Shown in pieces: positions 11,401-23,700 of a stretch of 64,000 bases of DNA (positions are counted from its first letter, which is position 1; the number at the start of each line of letters is the position of its first letter). The notes below the pieces were generated by a model. The model saw only the letters and a list, made by a program, of their open reading frames with translations. It had not been told where the DNA came from and ran no database searches. Origin of the DNA: Podarcis muralis (taxonomy: Eukaryota); the NCBI RefSeq assembly GCF_964188315.1, contig NC_135660.1, forward strand, positions 61,504,001-61,568,000, in the 5' to 3' direction. Made by a program: the position numbers and the translations under genes.

Positions 11401-14400
11401 AGGATCACCTCCCATTTTCATCAGCCCCAGTGGCTCAGCCATCAGTGTCCTTGCTATGCCAGCCTCCAGGCATCCTTGGGGGCACAGATTTAGGTCCCCT
11501 TATGAGCCCAACAACACCCAAAGAGGAGGGGAAGCGGCCCATACAATAGAGCTTCCTGCACAGGATGTCTGCAGAGAGCACCCCTAGCTCATCCATAGAT
11601 GAGGATTCAAGACCCACCCATGGAGGCAAAATTGCTTTTGCCAAAAAACCAATGGGACAGGCCAGGACACATAACGAGGAACCACAGACACCCACTGACA
11701 ACAGAAACGTACAACTCCAGCGGCAATTAAGAGGAAACTTGAATGATGCTGTAGAATATATTTATCATAATGCTTTCTTGCACATTGAAGCATTAAGTTA
11801 AATGTTCAGTCTATGTTGTTAAACATATTTCTGTGCACCAGATGTGGAGACAATAAAGGTTTTTAATTATTTTTTCCTTTGCAGACTTTTTACAGTGTTG
11901 CCTTTGCCTAATGTTCATACTCTTTCCTGGTTTGTCACTTGCTTCATAAGGGAAAAAGTGGTTTAGCTGAAAGCACGCCGTATAAAAATACTTATTGAAA
12001 TGAATGTACAATGAACAGCACAAATGGCAGGTTTTAATTCATAATATCATTGTCAGATTTACACTGTCTATAATTTTTTTTTATTCCTTTGTAATATAGG
12101 TTTTTTATTTTTATTTTCTGGAGGAGATGACAAAGGAGAGGACTATTAGCTTTAGCAGTAGTAGTTACTTTCTGAAGGCTTCTCTGACTTGCATGACTCC
12201 TCAAAAGATTTAGGGCCAGACTACACATGGCAGCAGTTGTATAGCTCTGCCTTTAAGTGAATTTCAATAGAACTTTTTTCTGGGCAAATTGCAGGCATAG
12301 GAATCCAGGTCTAGATTAAATCTCCTATAGCCCTATGCTAGGATACCAAGTCTAGACAGACCGCCACACAATATCTCAAAACAAGCCTTCACTTTAGGGT
12401 GGAATTATGTGACTAAAGTCAGGGGTAGTATGGACCTCAATTTAATCACATTCATTTAACTAAAATGACATACAAACAACAGGGACCTGATCCTAACTTG
12501 AAGTAGGGAAGGTGTCAGGGAGCTTAGGATGCGTCTTCCTCTGCACCCTGATATTTTAGGCCTTATGAGATAATTCCTAGACAACACCTGTATTTTAGGG
12601 TTCAAATAGATTAAAACCTTACTGTAAATGAATCACAGGGTTGGTCTGAGGAAGGTAGGGTTAACCCTTTATCTTTGTACCATTTCTCCAGGTAAAATCA
12701 ATAGTTGCAGCTGCTGTTTCCCCCCCCCCCCAAGGGGCAATATATATTGGTATCCATATGAGTCCCAGATTAAGCCTGTAAAAAATTAAGCATAAATTGT
12801 AAGGGTGAAGCCTTAGCACAAATATTAATTTCTTTGTGACTATTCTACTGTGGCTCAGGCTAGATAATATGAATTGTCTTCTCAGGCTTTGTTTCTTTGC
12901 ATCTATGGTCTGCAGTAAACAAATATTTATGGTAGTTTTTTCAGATCACCACATTGTGCTGTACCCCATGGTTTTTGTTCTAGTGAAAATTTAGAGTCCA
13001 CATTCTTGGAATAAAAAATTGTATGGGGGGGAGGTCATTTACATACTACTTTGGCTTCAATCTTCTCATTCTGCATTTCTTTAATAGCTACAGGATAGAA
13101 TCTTTTCTTCCTCCTTTGTGAACTGAAAGTCATTCCATGCAGTAATTACATTTTTTGATGGAGTCAACTAATAGCATTGCTATTCTTTAGTAAGCTTATG
13201 TCCTGGCTTATCTTATTGGTTATTGCCATTGCTGTCTAACCTGTTGGTGAGTCTTGTAGCTTTCTATATCAGAGTGAAAACCATGTATTTTGAATTAGCT
13301 TCATCGTATTATTTTGCTCTATGACCTAAGAAAATGCCCTCTCATAACAGATAAGGAAAGCCATCAAATCCCCCGATTTTCACTAGACTTTAAGAACTGA
13401 GGCTCAAAAGTGTTTCTCACTTCAAATTCGCTTAAGAAGCACCCAGGGTGAGTCAGTAAAGGAATAAGGTAACCATGGAAAACACTGTTTACTCAGATGC
13501 AATCTCTAAAAATTACAGAGAGATTATAGTGTATGGCTAAGTGCGCTCCCGCTGCTCGGTCCCAGCGCCTGCCAACCTAGCAGTTCGAAAGCACCCCCAG
13601 GTGCAAGTAGATAAATAGGGACCGCTTACTGGTGGGAAGGTAAACGGCGTTCCGTGTGCTGCGCTGGCTCGCCAGATGCAGCTTTGTCACGCTGGCCACG
13701 TGACCCGGAAGTGTCTGCGGACAGCGCTGGCCCCCGGCCTCTTGAGTGAGATGGGCGCACAACCCTAGAGTCTGTCAAGACTGGCCCGTACGGGCAGGGG
13801 TACCTTTACCTTTACCTTTTAAGGGAGGGAAGGAGAGAATTTAGCAAATAATGATGACAATCAGTTTCCCTTTATTTTAGCAGTTATTCTCTTAAGTGAC
13901 CCTCAACAGAAATTAAATGCTGAAGCTAATTTGAAATAAAGCAGTATCTTCTTCAAGTTACCTGGAAATCAAGCAGACATGGATATAGGTGAAATGTGTG
14001 TTATCTACCTTGCAAAAGTGAGAAGTGATTCTGAGGCTTTCACAAAACTTTATAAACAGTGACAGCACCACACCAGGAGAAAGTTTTTTCTCCTCATGGT
14101 TTTATTATTTATTATAATTTATTTAATGTATTTGTATCTTGCCTTTCTCCTAAGTTGGGCTACGAGGCTTCTTTAAAAACCATCACCATAAAATACAAAA
14201 TGACAAAAGCAAATTGGTTAAAAACAACAATGGTTAAAAACCAATACAAGAAAAAAAAATAGAACCAGAATTAAAATTCTGATTGTCCTGTATTAACATG
14301 GTCTGCACCTATTTCTCAATGGCCTTTCTAAATAGGAAGGTCTCAGACTGCTGGCAGAAAGATGACAAGGAGGAAGCAAGCTTGACTTCTTTTTAGAGGG

Positions 14401-14671
14401 AATGCCACAATATGGGAGCAGTACTTTTAAGTACTGAACAGAGGCCCTTTTCTCATAATATATTGGCATTAAATTAATGGGGGAGAGTATGTCCTCCCCA
14501 TCATATTTGTGTTCAAACCTATGTCTGAAATGTGTGTGGGTTGCGAATCTGTTTGTTAGCAGTACAGAATCATTGCTGTGGCAATTGGAGATTTTTGTCC
14601 TGGTCACTTGAATTACAGTAGGCCCTGGAGTTGATATCACCTGGGAAAGAGGGCTTCTGCCTTGTTTGTTT

Positions 14672-14723
<52 letters not shown>

Positions 14724-17700
14724 TCTCAGAGTTTGGGCTCCTCCACACTTCCATTTGTGCTGTGCCTAGAAAGCAAGGGGCTTAGTGGTTTTTCACTTGG
14801 ACATGTGCTTTCTAGGCATGCGTCTGAGCAGTTTTCCCCTTGTCCCACTCCTTAGCGATATATCAGAACATACTGCAATCCAAGGAAAACCCTAATCGGC
14901 ATTTGCATCTGTTGAGCACTAAAGTTTGCTGTAGACCTGTTTGAGAATGAACCTGCATGGATTCTGTTTAACTAGGTCGGAGTAGTCAACCTTTTTATAT
15001 CTACCACCCACTAATGCATCTTTCTTGATGGTAAAATTTTCTTATCGCCCACCAGTGCTCGATGGAAGGAGGATTCAGCTTGTACCGTAGAGCCCCCTAC
15101 TGCCCACCTAGAATCCTGAAACACCCACTAGTGGGTGGTAGGGACCAAATTGACAACCCCTGAGCTAGGTACCTAAGTGCCACATTGCTGGGCTATTGCT
15201 TATGATGCTAACTGGTAAGGATGCTAGGCTGGAAAAAGTGTAAAGTGCTAAAATTGCCTCCTGCAGATTTTTAAAATATAACTCTGGCCTTAGCTGTGGA
15301 TGAAACTGGCAAAAACAGTGGTGTGTGTGAGCTAGAGAGAGAGATTATGCACAGGATGAATGTGTTTCACCTTGAAAAAAATAACCTGTAACCAACTGGT
15401 GTGACCATTGAATTCTAAATTAGGAAAGCCTTGGCAAATTATCTCCCACAATATTTCAAATATGGAATAGATTGTTTATTATGGTTCACGGCTGAGGCAC
15501 ATAAACAATAGTACTTAGATTTAGGCAATAACACGGGAATCACGTAGCAACTGTCTGTATTTCAATGACTTTCCAGCCCATCAATTTTGAAAGCTACCTT
15601 AATTTTAACAGTCAAGTCATGAGTGAAATTAGCACACAGTGAGTGACATTCAGAATATTATCTGGAATAGGTTTTATTTTTTTATTTTTTAAAAAACTCA
15701 TAATAATATACCTATGTAGAAAATTTTAGTAGACTGACTTACTACTTCATATTCTTTTGAAAGATTCATTTAGAATGTTATTCAACATTTAAATTAGAAC
15801 ATTGTACAGTTATTCTAAAGGAGAAACATTTTTGTATTATTGCTGGTATTCAGGCTGTCACACACACATATTGCTCAAAAAGGTTTCAGCCTCCCTCTTC
15901 AAAAGCATACTTATGTAAAAAAAAGAAGAAAAGTGGGCTTTTTAAGCTCCAGTGTATTCTATGAATGTCCATTGAAGTTGCCTCTAAATGAAAAGGAAGA
16001 GCAGATATTCACATTTTCCTGCCTTTCATTGCATTCTTAATCACTTTGAGAGTTATGTGTCAGCAGCAATTCTCAGGTCTTAACAGTGAGGCTTGAGTAC
16101 CCAGTCTGAGGGGTCATGCTTCTCCTGAGGAGAAATCAGTGCAGAAGAGCAAAAACTAAATATGTACTGTATCAAGTTCCATTAAATAAAAATATAAATT
16201 GTTTACCAGCTAAACATGTGTCAAAAGTCACTGAGCTGAGATGTCCCCATTTCTCTGCCTCATATCCGACATGGAAATGAACTGAAATGGGTGCAGCCAT
16301 TAAAATATTCCATTTTTTATTTCTACTACTTCTAGCCCTAGGCCATTGCATTGAAAATTAGGCACCCACCGAAGACCTTTTTCTTCCAACTAGCCTTTTT
16401 AAGTTGAGATCTTTTCCAGTCTGTATCTGTACTGGAACTGTTTTTAAAATGTTTTAAAGGGGTTTGTTATTGTTTTATCACTTGCTGTTTGTCACCCTGG
16501 GCTGCTTTGGGAGAAAGTGTGGGATATAAACTTTTTTAAACGCCATTTGGGGAGGGTTGATGGTGAATATCAGGGTGTTGAGGGTGAACTTTCCAGCAGT
16601 GCGGTATTTTTTATGGTAGTCAGATGGTAGCTACCTCCCAGAATGTCCCACCAAGTTATTGTCTTACTGTCATTCTGAAGAGCATTTTGTGGCAAACAGG
16701 GAAAAATTATCCTTCGCTAGGAACACTGCTGCCAACTCTACCTGAAAGCAGAAGCATCAGTCTTGGGAAGAAACTTGTTATATATAGGATGGTCATCTTG
16801 TTGGGATACTGCTAGGGAGGCAAAGTCCATCATAGCCCCCAAGCCGGCTGCCGGACGATCCATCGACCTCCTGTAGACAGGCAGTATCAGCAATTAGCGA
16901 CACGAAGCCTCAGAAATAGTATTCCACATTCTTAGGCTGGTGCACACTCTATCAGCAGAATTCACACAGCAAAAGATGCACAGCAGGAGAGCATATTTAC
17001 AAGTTTATTCAACGTTGGTCAGAACAAAGAAAAACATGACCGCCTGCTTCAGCGTTCAGGCACGAAGGAAAGAACGAAAGCAAAGACACAACAGAAACAT
17101 CCTGTGCAACAGGAAATACGCAGACTCTGTGACTCACAGCCTGCTCCCTTTTAAGGTGGAACGGAAATATCCTAACACATCTGTCATGGATGTTTTAGTT
17201 GAGATTCCTGTATCGCAGGGGACATGGGGACCCTCTGGGCCCCTTACAACTCTATCATTCTACAGTTCAGATTCTGAGTCATTTCAGGGTTGCAGTGCTT
17301 GTTGAAGCTACTTGCTCAATGTTGTCCTGCTTCATTGGTCTTGCATCTTTATGACCAGGAGATGGAACTTGTTGCCAGCGCTCAGGGGTGATGGGATTTG
17401 TAGTCCGGCAACACCATGGGTCACCTAACCCCTGCTTTTTAGATTATATTCACCAAAGCCATTGATAGTTGTGCTGCCTTCACAGATTGGCAGTCTCCAC
17501 TGTCAAAAGTCTACTCATAGTAGATGCACTATATTATACTCCAAACCGTCTTTCCCATGCTGAAAAATTGCTGTTTAAAGTTTAGTCTGTGATGTTTGTC
17601 TTTAGAATTCCATGTCTTATTTGAGGCCTTATTATTTTGGTATCCAAGAGCAAACAATAGTCCCCCCGAGGTAAATTTATGATTAGATTCCTGCCCTGCT

Positions 17701-20700
17701 TTTTTGGTAGTAAAAGGTAAAGGGACCCCTGACCATTAGGTCGCTTTATTGGCCGAGGGAGCTGGCGTACAGGTTCCGGGTCATGTGGCCAGCATGACTA
17801 AGCTGCTACTGGTGAACCAGAGCAGCGCATGGAAACGCCGTTTACCTTCCTGCCGGAGCGGTACCTATTTATCTACTTGCACTTTGATGTGCTTTCGAAC
17901 TGCTAGGTTGGCAGGAGCAGGGACCAAGCAACGGGAGTTCACCCCATCGCAGGGATTCGAACCGCCGAACTTCTGATCGGCAAGTCCTAGGCTCCACCCT
18001 AGGTTCCTCCCAGCCCCACCTGCGTCCCATTTTTTTTTTGGGGGGGGGGGTAGTGTTCCACTGTAAAATATGGATTTCCTGGTCATCTGCAGTGGGGGAG
18101 AGGGTTTTCCCTCTTTCTGAAGCAAAATGAACCCTGCAAGAGGGTGGATGTACAACTCCCAGTTGCCTATCTGTACCACCAGTATTTTATATTAGCACTG
18201 TTAATACAGGTTTTATGATACATTTGTTTATTTATTACACTTATGAATGGAATTATTTCTGAATCGCTTCTCATATAGCATCTCAAAGCAATTTCATAAT
18301 AAAAACATCAGTATTAAAAACAGCTACATTATTTCCTTTCTAAAAACTATTACAGCAATTAAAAAGCAATTACAAATACTTTCATATGTAAAAACAATTC
18401 AAGTGACTGTGTAAACATGGCTAAAAATATTTAACAGTAATTAATGGCCTGTGTAATTTAAGATCCTGTGTGATGCAATGCATAAAATGCGGCATTTGTT
18501 TTAAATGTCTTCAGACATTCTGGTTTCCTTTATTTGCTGCCAAATTGTCCCTCTCACCAACATTCACTATGTTTTCTTGAGACAGTGGCTAAGGCTAAAT
18601 TGCACTGGAGAGATGTGGAACTTCAGGGATAAACAATAATACCAACTTGTAGATCATCATAACGTTATGTGTGCTTCAAAATCCACACTGTGATCACTAC
18701 TTTCATATTTACGCCGCTTGAAAAGCATTTGTGTGTATGGGCAGTTTAAATGAACATTGTACTGAAACAAAAATGGTAGTAGGTTACTGCCATGTTTAGA
18801 ATATATATATATATACACACAACAGAGCCCATCACCATGCTTGTTTACATTTATCATTATTTCAAAGTAACTGAGGGTAGATGCCATTTTTTCAATGGTG
18901 CTGGTGATGCATTAATGAATTGAAAGCCCCAAGGAAAATTTCGAGATTGCAGCGGAAGCAGGGGCAGTACTTATTCTGAATCCTGGGTGTCCTTGAACGA
19001 GGCAAGAAAAGCCCAGTAAAAGAGTACAGAAAAGTAAGATTTAAAGTGTTTGCCAATTCATTTATAAAAATGCCTTACTTTTGTCACCCTGAAAATGAAT
19101 ACATATTTCTAATAATGTCCCAGCAAAGTGCTTTTAATGCCGTTCTCAGTTGGCATTGCATCCAAACAAGGCAGCTATTACTCATATTTGCTGTGTTGGT
19201 ATCTCCTCTCCCAGAGATTACCTTTCACGCCAATGCACTTTCTTTTATAGTCGTATAAACCATAATTGCAAAGCTTTATAGAACTGTGGTAACTGGCAGT
19301 GTCAAGGGCAGTAGCTACTCTGTGCTCAAGGCATTACACATCAAAGTGAGGAAGGGAAATGCTATACAGTGCTAATGGGGTACGCCCTTACTCCTAAAGG
19401 GCTGCCAAGTTTTGTTTCTCTAGTGTGTGATGTTCATGCACTTGACAGTTGTCTTGCACATTCCTGGAGGCCCATTATATCTTCATTCATCCACAGGTAG
19501 CGCTATAGCTTGTTTTCCTAGTTTCCTAGAGACTCTTAGGATGCCTGCCCAGGAGTCTGTTTCCTGTTTCCTTACTGTTCACCTTGCCAAATCAGAGCTG
19601 GGAAAGGAAAAGTAAGGGTGGGATCTGTCATCAGTTTGAAGGCATGATAACAAAAACACACACACTAATGTAAAATACTGTGCTGATTCCTTTACCACAC
19701 ATGACACAACCTACTACAATTGTACTTGGCCCCACTTGACAACACTCATCCCCAGTTCACACAAAATCCAAGCCATACCATGGCCGAGTGTGAGCAAGCA
19801 AGCATGCAGGTATTCTGAGCAAAAGTTGCAGCTGCTTTACTCATCCCTGGGTCCTGTTATTGCCACGCTTCCTGGAGCTCAGCCATAATTTGGCTCAGCA
19901 TTATGTCTAAACTTGGAGACTTGATTTGTCCGCCCCACCCCCAACACATCATGATCAGCAAGCCAAGAAGAAGCCTTGACCATAGCTTGAGGTTTGGTTT
20001 AAGTGAAACAAATCACTATCTTTATGGAAGCTTTTAATAGTGGACGAATGATTATATTTTCATATTCTGCTGGAAGCCACCCAGAGTGGCTGGGAAAACC
20101 CAGCCAGATGGGCGAGGTATAAATTTATTATTATCATCATTATTATTATTTGTTGTTGTTGTTTGTTTTGTCATGTCCGACTCTTCGTGACCCCATGGAC
20201 CAGAGCACGCCAGGCACTCCTGTCTTCCACTACCTCCCGCAGTTTGGTCAAACTCATGTTTGTAGCTTCAAGAACACTGTCCAACCATCTCGTCCTCCGT
20301 TGTCCCCTTCTCCTTGTGCCCTCCATCTTTCCCAACATCAGGGTCTTTTCCAGGGAGTCTTCTCTTCTCATGAGGTGGCCAAAGTATTGGAGTCTCAGCT
20401 TCAGGATCTGACCTTCCAGTGAGCACTCAGGGCTGATTTCCTTAAGAATGGATAGGTTTGATCTTCTTGCAGTCCATGGGACTCTCAAGAGTCTCCTCCA
20501 GCACCATAATTCAAAAGCATCAACTCTTCGGCAATCAGCCTTCTTTATGGTCCAGCTTTATGGTCACTTCCATACATCACTACTGGGAAAACCATAGCTT
20601 TAACTATGTGGACCTTTGTTGGCAAGGTGATGTCTCTGCTTTTTAAGTTGCTGTCTAGGTTTGTCATTGCTTTTCTCCAAAGAAGCAGGCGTCTTTTAAT

Positions 20701-23700
20701 TTCGTGACTGCTGTCACCAAAAATTATCATCATCATCATCCCAATTTGAGCGTAATGCTAAGCCATGGTTTATCTTTGGATGGTACAACAGCACTGGGGA
20801 ATGAGTGAAGTGGTTGCAGTTTTGCTCTGACTACAGCTCTCTCAATCACATTTAGCCATGGTTTAACTTAGTGTTACATGTGAACCAGGCTTCAGTCTGA
20901 CTTCACCTGTTGTGTAAAACTTCATCTGTTGTGTAAAACGTTGTGGTTGATTATGGCTGAAGTCTCAGATTGCCAGTTCACATCTTAAGTCAAATCTGGG
21001 GTGGGGGTGAGGGGAGGTGAAGGACAGGATACATCAGGTGTGAGAAGTTATTCCTTGTTTTTCTCCTCAGCTTGGGGCAGGGCACAAATGTAACACAATA
21101 GCCTTAACTCAGAACCATAAATATAAACTATTTCATAAGGTCACAAAAGATGGGAATTCCTTTTGCCCCCCTTCAGAATTTAGAGTCTTCAAATCAGATA
21201 CATTTATTTTAAAAACAAACATTATTGCCTACAGAATGATTGCATTTCCCTGTACATGAGGAATAAATTATTTCATGGGGGGAAAGGGCTGGCATTTATG
21301 TATGGCAATTTTTCAAACTAAAAGGAAAGATTAAAAAAAGGAGGTTGCCATTTAATTTGTGATAGTGTAAGACAGTGTGGCTGACAGGAGAATATTAAGA
21401 TGGAAGTGGCTATTAAAATGACTTGGAAGCAACCCCCTTCCTCATTGGTATTATGGAATTGGCAGAAAATGAGGGATCATTATTTTAATGGAAGCAAACC
21501 ATAGCGATATGTGCTTAGGTGTGCTTGTAGCTGTAGAACAAATTGATAAATGCTGGTACATTTGATATCGCACAGGCGCAGCGTCATAAATATTCTAGAA
21601 AAGATGTTAAGACTAACATTTTATTAGTTACTGGAATTTAGCATCACTTTTCAGTTCAACTGAGTGCATTTCTCATATGCCCTAGCATTCTACAAACCTT
21701 CTGTGGAGAATCCTAGGCAGTGCACTGCAAAACATAAGTTGTCCTCTGGTGTATGTCGTGTGTGTGTACACACACACACACACACACACACACCACTTTG
21801 TCAGTAGATCTCTGTTGAAAAACACAGTCCCGTTTTTGTTTTCTTTGTCCCTACCCCCATTTTTTTCCATCTGCTTTGTTACTGGATCGGTTCTTTACTT
21901 TTAGTGTCTTCCAGCTTATTTCCACTGAGTTTAGCCATGCATATTTCTCTCCCACTGAGATTGTATACATATATTAGAACTCTAACTCACACGTTTGTCA
22001 GCAGTACATGCTACACTCTGCAGGCATAGCAGGTTCAGATAGAAAGCCCCAATGGCGATACAATAAATCAAGCGATTAACAAGAAGTAACTCTGGTTTTC
22101 CTTTGCAAAAGCACACGGTCTTAAAAGATGAGATAATTCTAATGTAGAAAAGTTCAGGTTTATTGTTGTGCATGAATTTATAAATAGTTGGGGGGGGTGC
22201 CATTGAAAAACAAGAAATACCTCAAAAAAATGTGAGCCAGCACAAATATAACACTTGGGTATCTGCAAACCATGATGTCCAAATCAAGCTCCAGCCTCTC
22301 TTTGTTATCCAGACTGATATCCCCCTCCCTTGCCAGTTTAGCTATAATGCATTACATGCAAGCCAGTGGAAGTGATCAAAACACTGGAGTGAAACCATGG
22401 TTTGAAAACATTTGCAAACCATGGTTCTGAGGGAACTTTGTGTTAGCAGTGGTTTGCATTAGTGTACATGCAGCCTAAAAACAAGGTTAATTTGTCAGGA
22501 TTCAGTCCACAGAAGAGGAGCAAGGGGAGCAGGAACCTCCAGGAGATCACCACACAGAATCAATCATGTTATCAAAGACCAATTTAGGGAGTAGTCCTGC
22601 GGACGTCAGTGGGAACGTTAAAAAGCAAAGTTACAGGCCAGACAAGCTGAAGTCAAGTTGGAGAATTCATCTAACACTCTTCTCTTCCTCACCCCCAAGC
22701 CACAACCAAGCATATTCAAAAGAAGCAAACACATTTTAAGCTCTTCAGATATAATTAATAGGGAACTGAAGTGCCTTAAAAATGGGGGTACACACACATT
22801 AAGGTGGTGGCTGGTTGGTGGAAGGACCCTGAGTGACAGGCAGGGAAGAGAATACCTTCCAGGGTGAGAGACTATTGAGAAGAAAGGAAAGCCCCCAGGT
22901 GAGAGCTGGGGAGAGTTCACCCCTTTCTGTGTGAGACTAAGGTTTCTTTTTTCTTTCTCTGTTTTTGTTCTTATTTAGATTAGATTCTTTTATTTTATTG
23001 CAGTATGAAAAAGCTTTCATAAAATCTATTTTTTTAATAATAAAAAAGGAGTGCATGGTGTTATGTCATGCTTTGCCAAACAAAAAAATTACATTCTATT
23101 ACAGTTCAGAAGATCAGAAGGTTGCTTTGGAAATGGAAAGGTAGCATCATCTCCAGCCTCCAGCCATATGTTCATATTTTGACTGCTGTCGTACATGATG
23201 CTGAAATGCCTTTTCATTCCTTGTTTGGCATGAATCGTAAACAGATGCTTAGTTCATTTGCCATCCTTACAATACATTTTTAAAACTCAGAAGTACATTC
23301 CATTGACTTTAGTGTTGCTTGTAAAGTGCAGTTAGATTTTCGGCATTAATCTGGAGAACCTGGAAACGACAATTTACATTATATCATCTCTGGTCTTGTG
23401 CTAGTCCCACAGGCTATTGCCTGTCCATCAGTACTGTAGCCAAGACCAACGATGTCAACAGCAAAATAAATTAAAATGTTTTTTCATATCTAGTGATGTT
23501 TAAACCATAGAGGTTTGGCAAGTTACTTCGTTAAGCTTATAAAAATATTGATGTTGTATTTCATGCTCTAGTAGTTTGTTGGCTTGTAACACAGCTTGCT
23601 TCCGTATGAGTGAGCACCTGAATTCATCATGAACATACGCATGCACTCTAAAGCAATCACCTTTGAAGGAAATAATTTATGAATAAGGGTGATAATTAAT

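Noticed and set aside
11565-11801. 78-aa ORF next to a CR1 remnant
   Set aside because: No recognisable homology or splice sites; likely decayed repeat sequence.
14293-14754. 153-aa ORF with SLSLSL run
   Set aside because: Translation of a (GA)n microsatellite plus an L2 remnant.
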